From: Camelus ferus
Lineage: Eukaryota
Assembly: GCF_009834535.1 (NCBI RefSeq)
Contig: NC_045697.1
Coordinates: forward strand, 109,184,001 to 109,248,000
Length of the DNA stretch: 64,000 nucleotides
Direction of reading: 5' to 3'
Shown here in pieces: positions 38,540-51,623 of this stretch (the stretch's first letter is position 1; the number at the start of each line of letters is the position of its first letter). Position numbers and translations under genes: made by a program. The notes beneath the pieces are model-generated. The model saw only the letters and a program-made list of their open reading frames with translations. It was not told where the DNA came from and searched no databases.

Positions 38540-38995
38540 TGTGATGGGTTGAATGGTGTCCCCCACAAAATCCATATGTCGAACTTCTAACAGCCAGAAC
38601 CTCAGAACGTGACTTTATATAAACACAGGGTAATTTCTAAGCAGGAGACAGAAATAAGGGCAGATGTCATTGGTTACAATGCGATCATACTGGAGTGGGG
38701 TAAGCCTCTCACCCAGTATCACTGGTGTTCTTATAGAAAGGGAACACCTGGACACAGACGCTCATACCAGGAGAAGACCACGTTGATTGAAGTTATGCTG
38801 CCAGAAGCCAAGAAACTTCCAGAAGCTAAGAAAGAGTCCTGGAACAGATCTGAGGGCTCCCCTGGCACCCTCAGAGGGAACATGGCTCTGTGGACACCCT
38901 GATCTTGGAGATCTAGCCTCTAGCATTGTGAGCCAGCACATTTCTGTTGTGTAAGCCACTCAGTTTGTGGTACTTTGTTATGGCAGCCCTAGCAA
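38540..38995. mobile_element. MaLR LTR (MLT1B/C-like) inserted in an L2 remnant
   Basis: tgtgatgggttgaatggtgtccccc...ccagaacctcagaacgtgac...taagccactcagtttgtggtactttgttatggcagccctagca. Confidence 0.85.
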
Positions 38996-39049
38996 GTGTT
39001 GGGACTTTTCTTTAGTCCTGTATTTACCTTCTCCTTATCAGTGGACAAT

Positions 39050-39965
39050 TGCCTGGTTTATATTTTTAGCTCGTAACACTGAAAGTATCTACAGATCCAC
39101 GTGGCTTGTCTTGCTTGCTGGGACATTTGCATCTGGATATTCCACAGAGACCATAAACTCAACCTGTCTAAACACAACTCATCACTTCTCTGGCTGGTTC
39201 TGCTTGCTCCTCCTCCTTCTCTTGTTGCTTCTGGTGAATGTCGCCCTCCATCCCCCGTGTTGCTCATGTCAGAAAAACCTGAGTGATAGCATACAGCTTT
39301 GCTTTCCTTTGTTACCAGGCATCAAATCCTCAAGGTTCCACCTCTCTCATATCTTCGGAGTCTTCCTCGTCCAACCCAGCCCCACCTTCACTCCCTTCCT
39401 AGGCTGTCTTCCTTCCAGATGCCTTCCACAACAATCTTTCTGAAACACAAACCTAATCAAGTCACTTATCTGCTTAAAATTCTTCAGGGAGCCTCCAAAC
39501 AATCAAATCCCAGAGTTTGGCAGGTAAGATCTTTATGGTCTGCCTGCTTGCCACCCTGGATAACCCCATCTCCCACCTTTGCACTCATCACCTGCTTTCT
39601 GCAGCCACCCAGAAGCTCAGATCTCCCTCCTGCCTCTTTTCATTCTATCTCATGCCTGCTCAGTCTTCAAAATGCAAATGCAGCCACCTCTGGGAAGCCT
39701 TCCTTGATTTCCAGCATGATTTAAAACCTGCTTCTGTGTTCCTGTAACTCTCTAGACATAAACTTTATCGCAGCAATTTCGCCATGCCTTGAAATTGTCG
39801 GTCTCCACACCCTCCTTCCCTCTCCTCACCCTCCCCTTCCCTCCCTCCCTTCACCCCCCCCTTCCCCCCCCCCCCAAGTACGGCACTTGAGAGTAGAGAC
39901 TTCAGGCCTTTTCCAAACTTCCTTTTCTTAGCCTAGTGCTCGGCACTTAGGAGGCACTCAAATGT
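39050..39965. mobile_element. L2 LINE remnant
   Basis: ccacctctgggaagccttccttgatt...tagcctagtgctcggcacttaggaggcactcaaatgttt. Confidence 0.55.
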
Positions 39966-40199
39966 TTTTAGGTGGAAGGAAAGGGAGGCGGGGAGGAGAG
40001 GGGAGACTCCCTACCCCAACTTATTTCACAGGGTGAAAAATAAGACCATGAGAGGCAGCAATTTCTCCTCGTTTTCAGGGCCGATTGTGTCCTCTTTGAC
40101 TCATTGTCAGAATTTACTTCAACGCAGATTTTTTCCCACTCTCATATTCAGGACTTGTGATTGCTTTTAGTAATGAACTGTTCTGTCCTGGAGGCTGGC

Positions 40200-41090
40200 T
40201 AGCCCCTTGCCGCGCTCTCAGCCGCGTCAAACTGAAGTCATTCCCCTGAAGGGACACAGTCTGTAGTGTGTTTACAGGCCGGGGGGTGGGGTGGGGGGAT
40301 GCGTTTTCTGAAGCAGCCCTGAGAACCGCGTCCACCCTTTTTCTACGCCACCCCCCCCACCCCGCCACCTCCCCGGGCTGCGATTGGCGGTGCCCCCCCG
40401 GGGGGGGGGCGGCCGCCGGAGCCTGCAGTCCGCGCGCGGGGAAAGCGGTGGGAAACGCGGCGCCAGCTTGCGTGTCGTCTGCCTGCTCTTTGTGCGGGGA
40501 TTAGTCGCCGCGCCAGGTCCGGGAACTCGGCGGGCGCCGGGCGGCGTGTAATCCAGGATTTGCCGCGGCCGCGCGGTTTATGGAAAACAGATGTCTCAGC
40601 CCTGGGCCTGAGCACAGGATGGAAGTGACCGACCCGAGAGCCTTTGGGAAGCGAGGACACCGAGCTGAGGCCCTTCGGGATCCAGCTGGGAGGCGGCTTG
40701 CCTTCGGCCCGTGCGTTGTTGCCGCTTCAGCCTAGAGCCCGAAAGCGCCGGGCAGTGCCGCCACTTCACTCGCCGCGGGCCGTGCGCGCCTCTTCTGTCG
40801 CCGAGCGGGTCGCCGTTGCGCAGTAAGTCGGTCCTTGCTCGGCTCCGGCCCGGGCTGTGCGTGCGCAGTTGCGGCCGGTGGGCCGGACCCCGGCACTTGG
40901 TGCCCTCCCCCCGGGCCAGGCCCGCGTGGACCGAGGTGTGCGGACCGGCGGAGACGCCGCTTCTGGGTCCCCCGGGGGAGGGGGGACAGGCTGCCACCCC
41001 AAGTCCGCCCGGTCCCCGGGGGCGGGGACCCTCTGCCAGTCCCGAAATGTGTGCGCAAAGCCTCGGAAGCTTTCACGTCGTTTTGCACTG
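40200..41090 (+). promoter_or_regulatory. CpG-island promoter of an unidentified gene
   Basis: Very high GC and CpG density over ~900 bp, ETS-type ggaagtg at 40621, NRF1-like tgcgtgcgca at ~40858, G-runs. Confidence 0.9.
40620..40822 (+). other. probable non-coding first exon (start approximate)
   Basis: Ends at donor GCA|GTAAGT (40823-40828) inside the CpG island; no recognisable coding frame. Confidence 0.55.
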
Positions 41091-42439
41091 AGGGAAAAAG
41101 AAAAGAAGATATTCTGCAATCTGAAAGCAGTACATTTAATAATTGTTGAAAAGATGGGTCTTGCTCTCTTTATGGTTTGGTCGTTTGTTCCTCTACAGCC
41201 CACTACTGAAATCGACGTTCTTTTTAATTAGCTTCCCCTCTGCTTCTCTGCTTAGCTTCAAACTGCGATTCTGGCATCTTAGAGGAGGGAGATGTTGAGT
41301 TTTGAGGGTTTTCGGGGCTCTTTTTGATTGCTGTATGTATTCTGAAAATGTATGCCCCGTGTTGAAAACTGCATGCTGCGGACAAATTAGGTGAGAGGCT
41401 GGGAATGGGGAGGAAGTTTTATCACATGAAATGCCTGTCAGATCCAAAGCAAAGCGTTCTATGAATCCTAAATCGGTTCCCACCTGTAATCCAACCCCAC
41501 AAGCAGCTGGTTTCTTCATCACCCCTTCACTCCTCCTAGAATTCACCAGCCTTAATTTATGAAACAGAGACAGCTTTAGATTCAAATGCTTTTTAAGTGG
41601 TTAATTTCAAAGCACCTAGAGTCCCAGACATCTATAGAGTAGGTGAGCCCCTAGGGCTGGAGGGGTTCCTGTGACCCTATGCACACCGAAGCCTTTTTTT
41701 CATGAAAGAGTTTCTAGCCGATTTTCCTCTAAAAATGGAGAGTAACTTTCCCATCAATGATTTGGGAATCTAGTTATGGGCTTGTTGCACGGCTACGTGT
41801 ATTTCCGGGTTCCTTTACTACGAGGTGGAAGGGAGATTGTGCTTGGTTCACTGCCTCCCTGCTAGACTGACCTCTAGTCTCAGATTTCCACAGGGTTTCA
41901 CCCTTGGGAGACTTGATACTGGACCTGATACCTGCCTTTCCGTTGAAAGAAACAAAAGAGCAGGAATGACTCAGAGCCCCTTGGCTACCACAACCTTAAC
42001 CAAAGATGCAAATTGTTTGATTGGATTCTTTATGACGCACATTACTTTGTTTCCTTCCTCTTCAAATTTAGGTACATCTAGCAAATAAGCATCAGTTTAA
42101 AACACCAGCAAAAGCTCTACCTCCCTCCTCCCTTAGAGTAAACACCGATTTGGTTGAGTCCGGCATGGGCACCTACAATAATGAGATGTCTTCGTGGTGA
42201 GATCATTCAGTCATATTCTGGACCAGGTACAGGAGGGGTAGCCCCAGGCTTCCTTACTCACTCCTATGTTTGAACATTCTTTTCCCTGTACCCTCCCTTT
42301 TCTTTCTACCATTTTCTATACTCTTATTTAGCTCCTTACTATGACTATCTTGGATCATGGAATCTAGGCTGTTATTACCTTTCAGTGTCAAGTTTGTTTA
42401 GATGACAGTGTCCCCTTGCCAGTATTCGTTTTTTAAAAA

Positions 42440-42539
42440 AATGAATTTTTACTTTTTTTAATGAAGGTGCTGGGCATTGAACCCAGGACCTTGTGCATGC
42501 TAGGCATGTGCTCTGCCACTGAGCTATACCCTCTCCCCC
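42440..42539 (-). mobile_element. tRNA-derived SINE (Vic-1-like)
   Basis: ctgggcattgaacccaggaccttgtgcatgctaggcatgtgctctgccactgagctataccc. Confidence 0.9.
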
Positions 42540-43210
42540 TCTTAGCAGTATTCTTAGAACATTTTCCTGAATCTAGCCTTTATTTTCCTGGAAAACTCTT
42601 TGTGTATGAAATCCTCCACTGGAAATTCCATTGCATCTTTCAAAAGTAAATGTGGCACCTACATCTTGAATTATTTTTCTGGCATCTTTATTTTAATGTT
42701 GACTTGCATGGTTTCCTGATTGTCTGGTCAGCTTGTTTTTTCTACTTCCTTTTGAAACATAAGTGGAAAGAACTGCTCACACTAGACACTGAATATAAAT
42801 GGGTTATGGAGTCTCCCTGAGAATTAACATACACTCGGATCTTTTCTTTGGTCTGCGCTTGGGTTGACTTCTGGCCTTGGAATTTCTGTCCACTGCTTAC
42901 TCTAGAAAGAAGCTGGATATTTGTCTTGGGGCTTGGGAATGATCTGTTTATTTGGCCTTTTCTGAGCAGCAGTAACTCACCACCTCTCCAGCTTTTGTGT
43001 TGAGAATTTGGCCTGTCAACAGAGATAACCCAATCTGGTAATACAGCAATGCCCTTGAAAAACATCATCTTGAAATCCTGAACTCTGGGAAGATAACATT
43101 ATCAGGACTTTCTCCTTCTCTCCTTCTTACTCCATGAAAAATGACACTGCTTGGTTTACGCCAAATCTATCTTGTATTATAAATTCCCAGCAAACAATTT
43201 TAGCTTGATT

Positions 43211-43340
43211 TGTTTGTTTTGTCTTTTCTTGGGTAGGGGGATAATTAAGTTTTATTTATTTAATTGGAGGTACTAGGGATTGAACCCAGGACCTCTTGCA
43301 TGCTAAGCACGTGCTCTACCACCGAGCTATACCCTCCCTC
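43211..43340 (-). mobile_element. tRNA-derived SINE (Vic-1-like)
   Basis: gggattgaacccaggacc...ctctaccaccgagctataccctccc. TSD tagcttgatt at 43201-43210 and 43341-43350. Confidence 0.9.
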
Positions 43341-45104
43341 TAGCTTGATTATACAGGATCTAAAGGCTTGTGCTGGCAGGTGCTGGTAAGTTTTTTTTTC
43401 TTTCCCGGTGTCTTAAGTCTTTCACCTCCTTGGTCAGGTTTATTCCTAGATATTTTGAGATGCTTTTGATGCTGCTGCTAATGATGCCGATAAATACAAT
43501 GATGGTTTTCCTTTTGGGTTTCATGAAAAAATGCATTCCAGGGTATCTTTCTGAGGGGCCCCTCTGAGACTGTTATAAAAACCTTGAGTCAAGGCTGAAG
43601 TACTGTCATACTGTGTCACCAGCATTATTTCTTGGGCTCTTATGTGTTAGACCTTAAGACTGACCAGCCAGTTGGCAAGTCTGAAAATGTCCTTGCAAGT
43701 TATCTGTGAGTTTAGTTTATTTTCTCTGAGCGAGAATGGTAGGTCTTTGATATGACTAGTATTTGCTCTGAGTTAGAAGAATTGGTAGGTGCAAACTTTG
43801 AAATAGACAGATAGAGGAGAAATGAAGGAAAAGTAGGTCTAGACACTGAGCCAACTGTTCACTGGTCACTCAGCTTTTTTTTTTTTTTGAGAGTTGAGTG
43901 GAAATTCAACCTCAGAAACTGAGCCCTTGTTGGCAGATATTTTGTCTTATGAATACTCATTCCTTCCCATGTAAAACTATTATTTTTACATATCCTGCCT
44001 TTGAGTCTCATCTTAATCCTTGAACAGAAATCGCCTCTCCCTAAAATTTCCAATACATTCTTCTTTTTCATAATAACATACTGGATGTGTAGATGAAATT
44101 TATTTAGACAGAAAGGCTGGCCAGGAAGATTAGGATGTGTCCTTGAGTCAAACAAAAACATTGTGTCTGTCAACATCTTTATTAATTTATGACAGTTTAG
44201 AAAGTTCTCAAATAGAGGCTGTGGGACTGGTTCCCTCCCACCCTAACAGCAGTAAAATGAATCAACATGCAGACTTCTGGAACCAAAGCCATTTGTACAA
44301 ATATGCTGGAGGCGATTGGAGTCATGGGAGCTGATTAGCCTTTTAAATCACCATCTCCTTATTGTTAATGTTTTTCAGGTTTCAGAATGTCTGCTGTTTG
44401 AGGACTGTGTTTTTGCGTGTAAATGTAGCCACCGACTTAATCCAAAATATCAAGAGAGACATGAAGTCTTGCTAACCTGTTTAGCTTCCGTTAGCATCAG
44501 GACTCACCTTTTAGGACCCTCATTGCTGACTTTCAGGGATGATGATTTTGAGGACTAAGAGGCAAACAAAATGGGAAGGCTCTCAGATTAACACTCTTGA
44601 AAAGAGAGATCTGACATAAGACCAAAAATGTGAAAGATTAGACACCGTTTCGTTTTAGATGGTTCTGTCCAATCAGGTAGAAGAAAGGAAAGCTGTTTCA
44701 AGCCCAGTCTCCCAGCCAGCAGGATTTATTGAACAGATATTATGTTTCAAGCCCCCTGCTTTATGATCTGAAAAATACAAGAGTATAAAAGGCAGAACAT
44801 AAGCCCTGAAGGAATTTTCAAGCCTTGGTTGGCACCTTTAGACATTCACAAGCATCCTTCTCCCACCTGTTCACTGATTGCCTCACCTGGGAAGCCAGGT
44901 CTAGGGCTGTGGTAGGACCCTCTCCTGTAGTTCAGCTCAGATTCCTGAGGGAGTCAAGATGGCCCCTTGACCTGAGAGTTGATTCTTTTGGCAGTGAAAG
45001 GTGTGTTCCTGGCTCTTCAGCACCACCTGGACAAAGTGACACTTGCTACCAACCCCAAAACTCCTTTTCAGTGTATGGTTCTATATATACTGAAATCCTA
45101 TAAT

Positions 45105-45248
45105 TCTCTTTCTTTCTTTCTCTCTTTTTTTGTAGTGGGGCTGTAATTGGGTTTACTTATTTGATTTTAGAGGAGGTACTGGGGATTGAACCCAGGACCT
45201 TGTGTATGCTAACCATATGCTCTACCACTTGAGCTATACCCTCCCCCT
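45105..45248 (-). mobile_element. tRNA-derived SINE (Vic-1-like)
   Basis: gaggtactggggattgaacccaggacc...gagctataccctcccc. TSD tgaaatcctataat on both sides. Confidence 0.92.
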
Positions 45249-46844
45249 GAAATCCTATAATATTTCTTCCCCAGCTACCGAGCAGTTCAACAGTGACCAG
45301 ACTAGCACCAAAATGACCCATCCTGGGGGCATTGCTGGAGGGTAATATCTGTCCTTCACATTCGCCTTAATTAAGAGGACAAGATCAGGTCTCTTTAATC
45401 ATGAAAATAACCTCTCAGACTAAACAAAGACAGAACTGTCTCTTGCTGACCACATGCAATTTATTTAAATTAGTGTTAGACATTCGACAGTGGTGTCAAA
45501 GCTATATTATAAATCTGCCTTAAAGAATGAGTTTTCTGAGCCTTTGCTTAGAGATAAAAAAGGCATTAGCCACACTGAAGGGGATTTACATCTAGTTAGC
45601 TTGCCTGGACTGCCAGGCACAATGGGAGGGTCCACGGCCATCTTTCTAGCTGGGAAGCCTGTCTTAGTTATCATTCTGCTGGGAGTGAAAATAGTGAACT
45701 GGAAGCACAAGATGGGGAAGGGAAAGGGCCAGAAACTGCAGGACTCAAAAGAAGTGGGGCTTGGGGTCGGTTCTGTAGTTCAAGGTTAAGGGCGCGGTTT
45801 GCTTTAGCCGCAGGCAGTGTTGGCTACAGCTCAGCGTGCAGTCATCTCCACGGTGTTGGTGCTGGTGGAGTGAAACGTCTCATTGTAGGTCTGGGACAGC
45901 TGGTTCCCCTGTATTGTTCAGCATATGTCTAGGGCTCCCTCTGCTTCCCTCGTATAATGGATTCTGCTAATAATTGCCAGATGAGCCAAAGAAGGAAATT
46001 ATAAAAGTTAACCCCTTATGAAACTTAAGCACATGTCCCGGATAGCCCCTTCTTTTAGCGTGAGCAATCAGGAGTCACCCACAGAAAGTGAATAAAAAGG
46101 TGCTCGAATGGGCTGAATGTTTGCAGCTTGATCGCTGCAGAAAAGAAATGGCAAAAATTAGGTGTCTTTCTCATCTTAATCTTAGCCAGTAATGAAGCCA
46201 CTGATCAAAACCAAACTTAAATAGTTACAGAACGTGGTCTCCAGATGCCTGGTACCATTAAGAAGAAGTCTTTTTTCTTTTTTTTTATAACAGAACTTTC
46301 CATTTTAGAGAATCAACGCCTGCCAGTACTGTTGTGCCACAGACTCTTTACAACAAATGAGCCTCAGATGACAAATGCATTCTTCTGCCCCAGGTCACAC
46401 AGAAGTCACACAGTGACTTGTTGTACAATAAAGTGATGTGATGGGGTGCTGTTTGCTTAGAGGAAGGATGGGCAGAGGTTAACTGCAGTCTTCTTGCTGT
46501 TTTTCCTTATTTTCAGCCATCAAGTAGCACTTACCCTTTGAGTGTCCTCCATCCCCTTCCTCCCCAAACTCTCAATCCAGAAACCAGAAGTACAAAGTAA
46601 TTGATGCCTGAAGGCTAAAACCCACTCAAGCTGCCAAACCACCCACCAAAACAACATGAAAAGATCGGGGAGCCTGAAACAGGAAGGGGTGGGGGGAGGT
46701 GTTCTGTGCAAAGTCCTCCTTTTTCCTGTGACATTTACTGTAATGTCTCTGCTTCAGCTACAGACCCTGCAGAAGAAGGTATGTTTTATTCATTTTTAAA
46801 ACAATATCATGGAAAGAAAAAAAAATGGATTTCCTCTATAAGGC

Positions 46845-46965
46845 TTTTCTGGGGTGGAGGAGGTAATTAGGTTTATTTATTTTTAGAGGAGGTACTGGAG
46901 ATTGAACCTAGGACCTCATGCATGCCAAGCATGTGCTCTACCACTTGAGCCACACCCCCCCCCCA
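46845..46965 (-). mobile_element. tRNA-derived SINE (Vic-1-like)
   Basis: gaggtaattaggtttatttattttt...gattgaacctaggacctcatgcatgccaagcatgtgctctaccacttgagc. Confidence 0.88.
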
Positions 46966-47494
46966 CAAAAGCTGAGTTTTTAATAAACATCTGTTACAGA
47001 TCGAATTCATACTACTTTCTAATAAAGCCTTTACATATCAAGAATAGGAAATAATTAAGAAGTGGCTTTGAATAGTTAAAAGCAGTTTCTGTAATGGGAG
47101 ATAGCCAGATTTGGGGAGTTATAAAATTATGAATTCCATCTGCATGGGAGCTGGTTTTCATTTGTAATGCAGTACAAAATATTCTTGGCATGTTTGGGGC
47201 TTATTCCACACAGGATGCTCCACACTAGAACTAAATCTAAATAGAACTAAGTAGATTTCTTTTCTTAGATGTTGTCCCCAAATCATTTCCTTTTCATCAA
47301 GTTCCTTGGATAAATGCACTCACCGAAGTCTGCCAGGTCTTTCTACAAGTCCTCTAGTCTTCAGTCTGCATTATTCAGCTGTTCAGCGAGGATCTGTTGA
47401 TGGGTGGTCAGTGGGGACTGGAGTTCACCAGCAGACCAGAGGGTGGGAGTCACACTCAGACCTCCTGCTTGTCTCCTACATCTGTTTTCCAGGC

Positions 47495-48000
47495 TGTAGA
47501 GACCCAGGGCCTGCTACGAGTCCAAGCTTGTAATGCTCGCTGCACGACAGGCCAGTAAATTGAAGGACGAGTTGCTGGGGCAAGAAATAGTGACTTTATT
47601 CAGAAAGCCAGAAGACCGAGAAAATGGTAGACTAGTGTCACGAAGCACCACCTTGCCTGAGTTGGAATTCAGGCTTCTTTTATACTAAAAGGGGAGGGAG
47701 CAAAGTCAAACTTTTCCTGGTTCCAGTCAGCCTCCGCAGGGGGTGTGTTAATTTCTTCCTGCCTACAGTCATTCACAGGTGGGCCTGGTCAGGATGTTTC
47801 CTATGAGCTAAACAAAGGTATTTTTGCTTAACGCTCATTAGCTGGGAGGCAGGATTCCCAGAGATGGGCCATTATGTATAATGTAAACTTAGAGGCAACA
47901 TCCTTTTAGTGATTAACTCATAGCAAAAGCAATAGAATGGAAAGGTTAAAGTAAAAGAAACAGACCCAATATGGAGTCACATTTGTTCTTCCCTGTTACA
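47495..48000 (-). mobile_element. ERV1-class solo LTR (MER41-like)
   Basis: TG...CA termini (tgtaga...tgttaca), ~506 bp. Minus strand begins tgtaacagggaagaacaaatgtgactccatattgg and carries TATA-like tataaaa (~47679-47685) and AATAAA (~47595-47600). Confidence 0.8.
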
Positions 48001-49084
48001 GGCCCAGCTTTCTGAATTTTACACATAAAACCTGCTATAATACTTATGTTTTTAACATGAATGCTGCATTTGGCATCCACAACTTAAGGACCATCACTTA
48101 ATTCATTCAGAATCATTGGCTAGCATTTAAAGTTTGTGAAACAAATTCCAAAGATGAAGTAAAAGAAAAAAGTTAATTTAATTCCTGTAAAGAAGAAACA
48201 TTTAAATTAAGAAAAACAACAAGTCTAAATTCATATGGCTGGGGAAAGTTTGGTGGTTTCCGGATATGAATACTTACCAAACACATTGACTCTACACCAC
48301 TAACGCTGATCTTCATTGGAAATTGGAGTGAGAGGTTGGTTCATCTTTGATTCAATAGGCTCATGGGATGAATCGTACTGTAAGTCTAAATCAACAGAAG
48401 TTGACTTGCTTTTTGTATTTCAGTCATATTTAGCAATTCTTGGTTAGCTTTCAGTCTTAAAACCAGGAGGATTAAATTACCAAATAAATACAACGCAAAA
48501 CATTCAGCTCTCGGCTTAGGGATAATATATTACCTGGTGGATTTATTGCACCAGAACTGATGCTGTCAGGGACTGTCAGTCATTTCTTCTGAGAGCTGGG
48601 GATGCCTGCCTTAAGGTAAATTGAGGTGACTGCATGCTATCTGTCTTTTATTTATGAAGCTGACCCTGTTCACTCACTGGGTGTGCTTTGTGGTTTTCTC
48701 CATATTTCTTCCCACTCTATTAGTCGTGAAATTTATTGGCCCCTGTGGCATGAGTCGTGTAGAACCAGCTCACTTGATTCAAGCCCATAATTTCCTGAGC
48801 AAGGCAGCTAACTGGGCTCTGAGATGATCATAATGCTCTAACATTGGAGCGAATCTTTACCTTTTAAAAATCACTTTCACATTGAATTATTCCATTTATC
48901 TTTACGGTGGTGCTGAGAAGTAACATTTCAGAGGTGAGGAAACAAGTCTAGTGACTTCCAGGAAAGGAAGAGTTAGGACTCACACTTCAGATGTCCTTCT
49001 CACTAAGCCGAATGCTCAGTAATATTTGATTGGCTATTATATGATAAAAATAATACAAGAATCACGGGCAGCTCTGGATGAAAG

Positions 49085-49231
49085 GATTTTTTTTTTAATT
49101 TTGGGGGGATGGGGTAATTAGATTTATTTATTTATTTATTTATTATTAATTTTTAATGGAGTTCCTGGGGATTGAACCCAGGACCTCATGCATGCTAAAG
49201 CACACCTCTACCACTGAGCTGTACCCCCCCT
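49085..49231 (-). mobile_element. tRNA-derived SINE (Vic-1-like)
   Basis: ctggggattgaacccaggacctcatgcatgctaaagcacacctctaccactgagctgtacccc. Confidence 0.9.
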
Positions 49232-49714
49232 CTGATCCCAAAAAGTATTTTATTGAGGAAATAAATTTAGGAAGGTGCCTGGAAAAGTGGTTTCCAATAG
49301 AGACTTAAAATTTAACTCTAGACAGAAGAACATCACTCAAGACACCACTAGAGAAGTATGTGAACAAGACGTGATCGGATGTCAGTTTATATGACACAGA
49401 CAACAGTACATGACAGTTCAGAGAAGACAGAAAACAATAGGCTGGAAAATCAGGGACAGTATAAATGAGGAAGAGGGGCTGATGTTAGAGCTTAAAGAAT
49501 GTGCAAGATTAAGATGGAAGTGGGAAGTGGGTAGGGCATGACAGGCTGCTGAGGACCTCCCAAGCAAAGGCAGAGAGCCATATTCCAGATGAGGGGACAG
49601 CTCTGATTGTAGGAGGGACTGACTAGGAGGTCTAAGGAGGGAATTCGTGGGAACTAAGGTCAACTAGGGAGGATGGGGCCGAATCAAAGATCTTTAGTGC
49701 CAAACAGAGAAACG

Positions 49715-50028
49715 TGGACTGTTGTTTTGGTGCCGCAAGGTGTGTGGCCGGAGCTGGTTCTTTCTCAGGGCTGTGGTGGCCTCAGGCATTCCTTGGCTTG
49801 TAGAGGGTGTTCTTGCGTCTTCACATCGTCTTCCTTCTCTGTGTCCAAATCTTCTTTCTTTTTTTAAAATAAGGATGCCAGTCATATTGCATGAGGGTCC
49901 ACCCTGATGATTTTACACTTGATTACCTCTGTGAAGACCTGTTTCTAAATAAGGTCACATTCTAATGTACTGGGGGACTTCAACACATCTCTTTTTGTTG
50001 GGGGGGGACACAATTCAACCCATTATAA
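49715..50028. mobile_element. partial MLT1 LTR within an L2 remnant
   Basis: ggcattccttggcttgtag...ttctaaataaggtcacattct...ggggacacaattcaacccatta. Confidence 0.75.
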
Positions 50029-51139
50029 GAGTTATTGAAGAGTCCTGAGCTGCAGGGTAAGAGAGGGAAATGTTATTTTAATGAAGATAGACAACAGAAT
50101 GCAGGAGACATGAGGGAACGGGGGAGCTATAGGCTGGGAGAGGAGGATGAAGAAAAAGATAAGGTCTATAGACATTTCAGAGGTGTAGTTGAAAAGATTT
50201 CAGTAGTAGTGACAATAATACTTCTTAAGTCTAGAACATGACCATTCACAGAGCATTTCCTCTGTGCTACCTCCTTTGGTCTTGATGACTGTGTCTGGTG
50301 TCTCCAGGTTTCTGGCCTGGTAGAAGGACCAGTGTTGAAGTCACCCACACCAGTCAGGGCAGCTGGCCAAGGCAGCTACTTGTGCTCCATTTGAGGTGGT
50401 GACAGAGCCGAGTGGAGGTGGCCACTGGGTCACTGGAACCCTGAACTGGCTGCCCTCTCTCTAGACAGATTTTGGAGTTAAATGCATCGAAGCAGTCCTT
50501 GAATCCAGAGAGTGGGTGAGATCCCCGAGGGAGCGAATATAGGAAGAGAAAGCAGTAGGCTTGGAATCTGGGCAAATTCCCAGAGTCAGAGGATTGCTCA
50601 TGAGTCAAAGCAGCTTTTAAAGAGGCGGAGGAGAAGCAGTGAAGTCCTGAAGAAAAAGTTTCTAGTAGAAGTTTCAGTGCCGGGAGCTATGGAAGGTGGG
50701 AAGGGAACAGGAGGGGAACTGGCAGGGGGTCACCTGGGGGAAGACTTGGGTTTTAGCTACGATGAAGAGCATGGAAGGAGAAAGTGTCAGGGAAAGGAAG
50801 ACAGGAAAGACGGTGATGACCACAGGGTGGCAGGATGAAGAAAAGGATCGGGGGCTTTTATTTTGAAGTCATGTTTGGTTTTTTTTGGGGGGGGGAGTCA
50901 TTTTTTTTAAGGTAACAGTTTACAAATAGTAAAAGTCACCCTTTCTAGTGTTCAAGTCTGTGAGTTCTGACAGCGTGTGGTTGGGTAACCACCACCACTA
51001 CTGAGACAGTGAACAGTTGCATCTCCCCAATATTCTCTCCTGCAGATGAACTTTTTGAGAGGAAACCAGGGTTTCCTTAAAGTCGGAAGGGAAGGAAGCT
51101 AAGTTAAAGCAGAAAATGATGGTGCTACAAATGACCTTC

Positions 51140-51349
51140 TTTACAAAACAGAAACAGATTCACAGACACAGAAAACAAACTTATGGTTACCAGAAGGGTA
51201 GGGTATGGAAAGGGATAAGTTGGGAGTTTGAGATTTGCAGATACTGACTACTATATATAAAATAGATAAACAGCAAGGACCTACTGTGTAGCACAGGGAA
51301 CTGTGTTCAGTATCTTGTAATAACCTATAATGGAAAAGAATATGAAAAG

Positions 51350-51384
<35 letters not shown>

Positions 51385-51468
51385 TGAGTCACTATCTATA
51401 CACCAGGAATTAACACAACATTGTAAACTGACTATACTTCGATTTTAAAAAGTTATTTAAAAAAAAAT
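51140..51468 (+). mobile_element. L1 3' UTR fragment with internal (TA)n
   Basis: ttacaaaacagaaacagattcacagacacagaaaacaaacttatggttacc...attgtaaactgactatacttc followed by an A tail. Confidence 0.92.
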
Positions 51469-51496
51469 AAAGGTGCTGAAGAAGAAGAAAGGCTGT

Positions 51497-51623
51497 CGGG
51501 AGAGTATAGCTCAGTGGTAGAGGGCATGCTTAGCGTGCATGAGGTCCTGATTCAATCCCCAGGACCTCCATTAAATCAATCAATCTAATTACCTCCTCCC
51601 ACCCCCCAACTCCTCCAAAAAAG
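51497..51623 (+). mobile_element. tRNA-derived SINE (Vic-1-like)
   Basis: gggagagtatagctcagtggtagagggcatgcttagcgtgcatgaggtcctgattcaatcccc. Confidence 0.9.

Noticed and set aside
40114..41231. Many overlapping ORFs in the CpG island
   Set aside because: Stop-poor GC-rich sequence giving Arg/Pro/Gly/Ala-rich translations with no family resemblance.
46758..48616. Small candidate + strand exons (donors near 46779 and 48617)
   Set aside because: Splice-like motifs alone are too common to call without transcript data.
1228..51623. tRNA-like sequences as tRNA genes
   Set aside because: All carry SINE bodies or A tails, mostly with TSDs, and diverge from one another; they are SINE heads.
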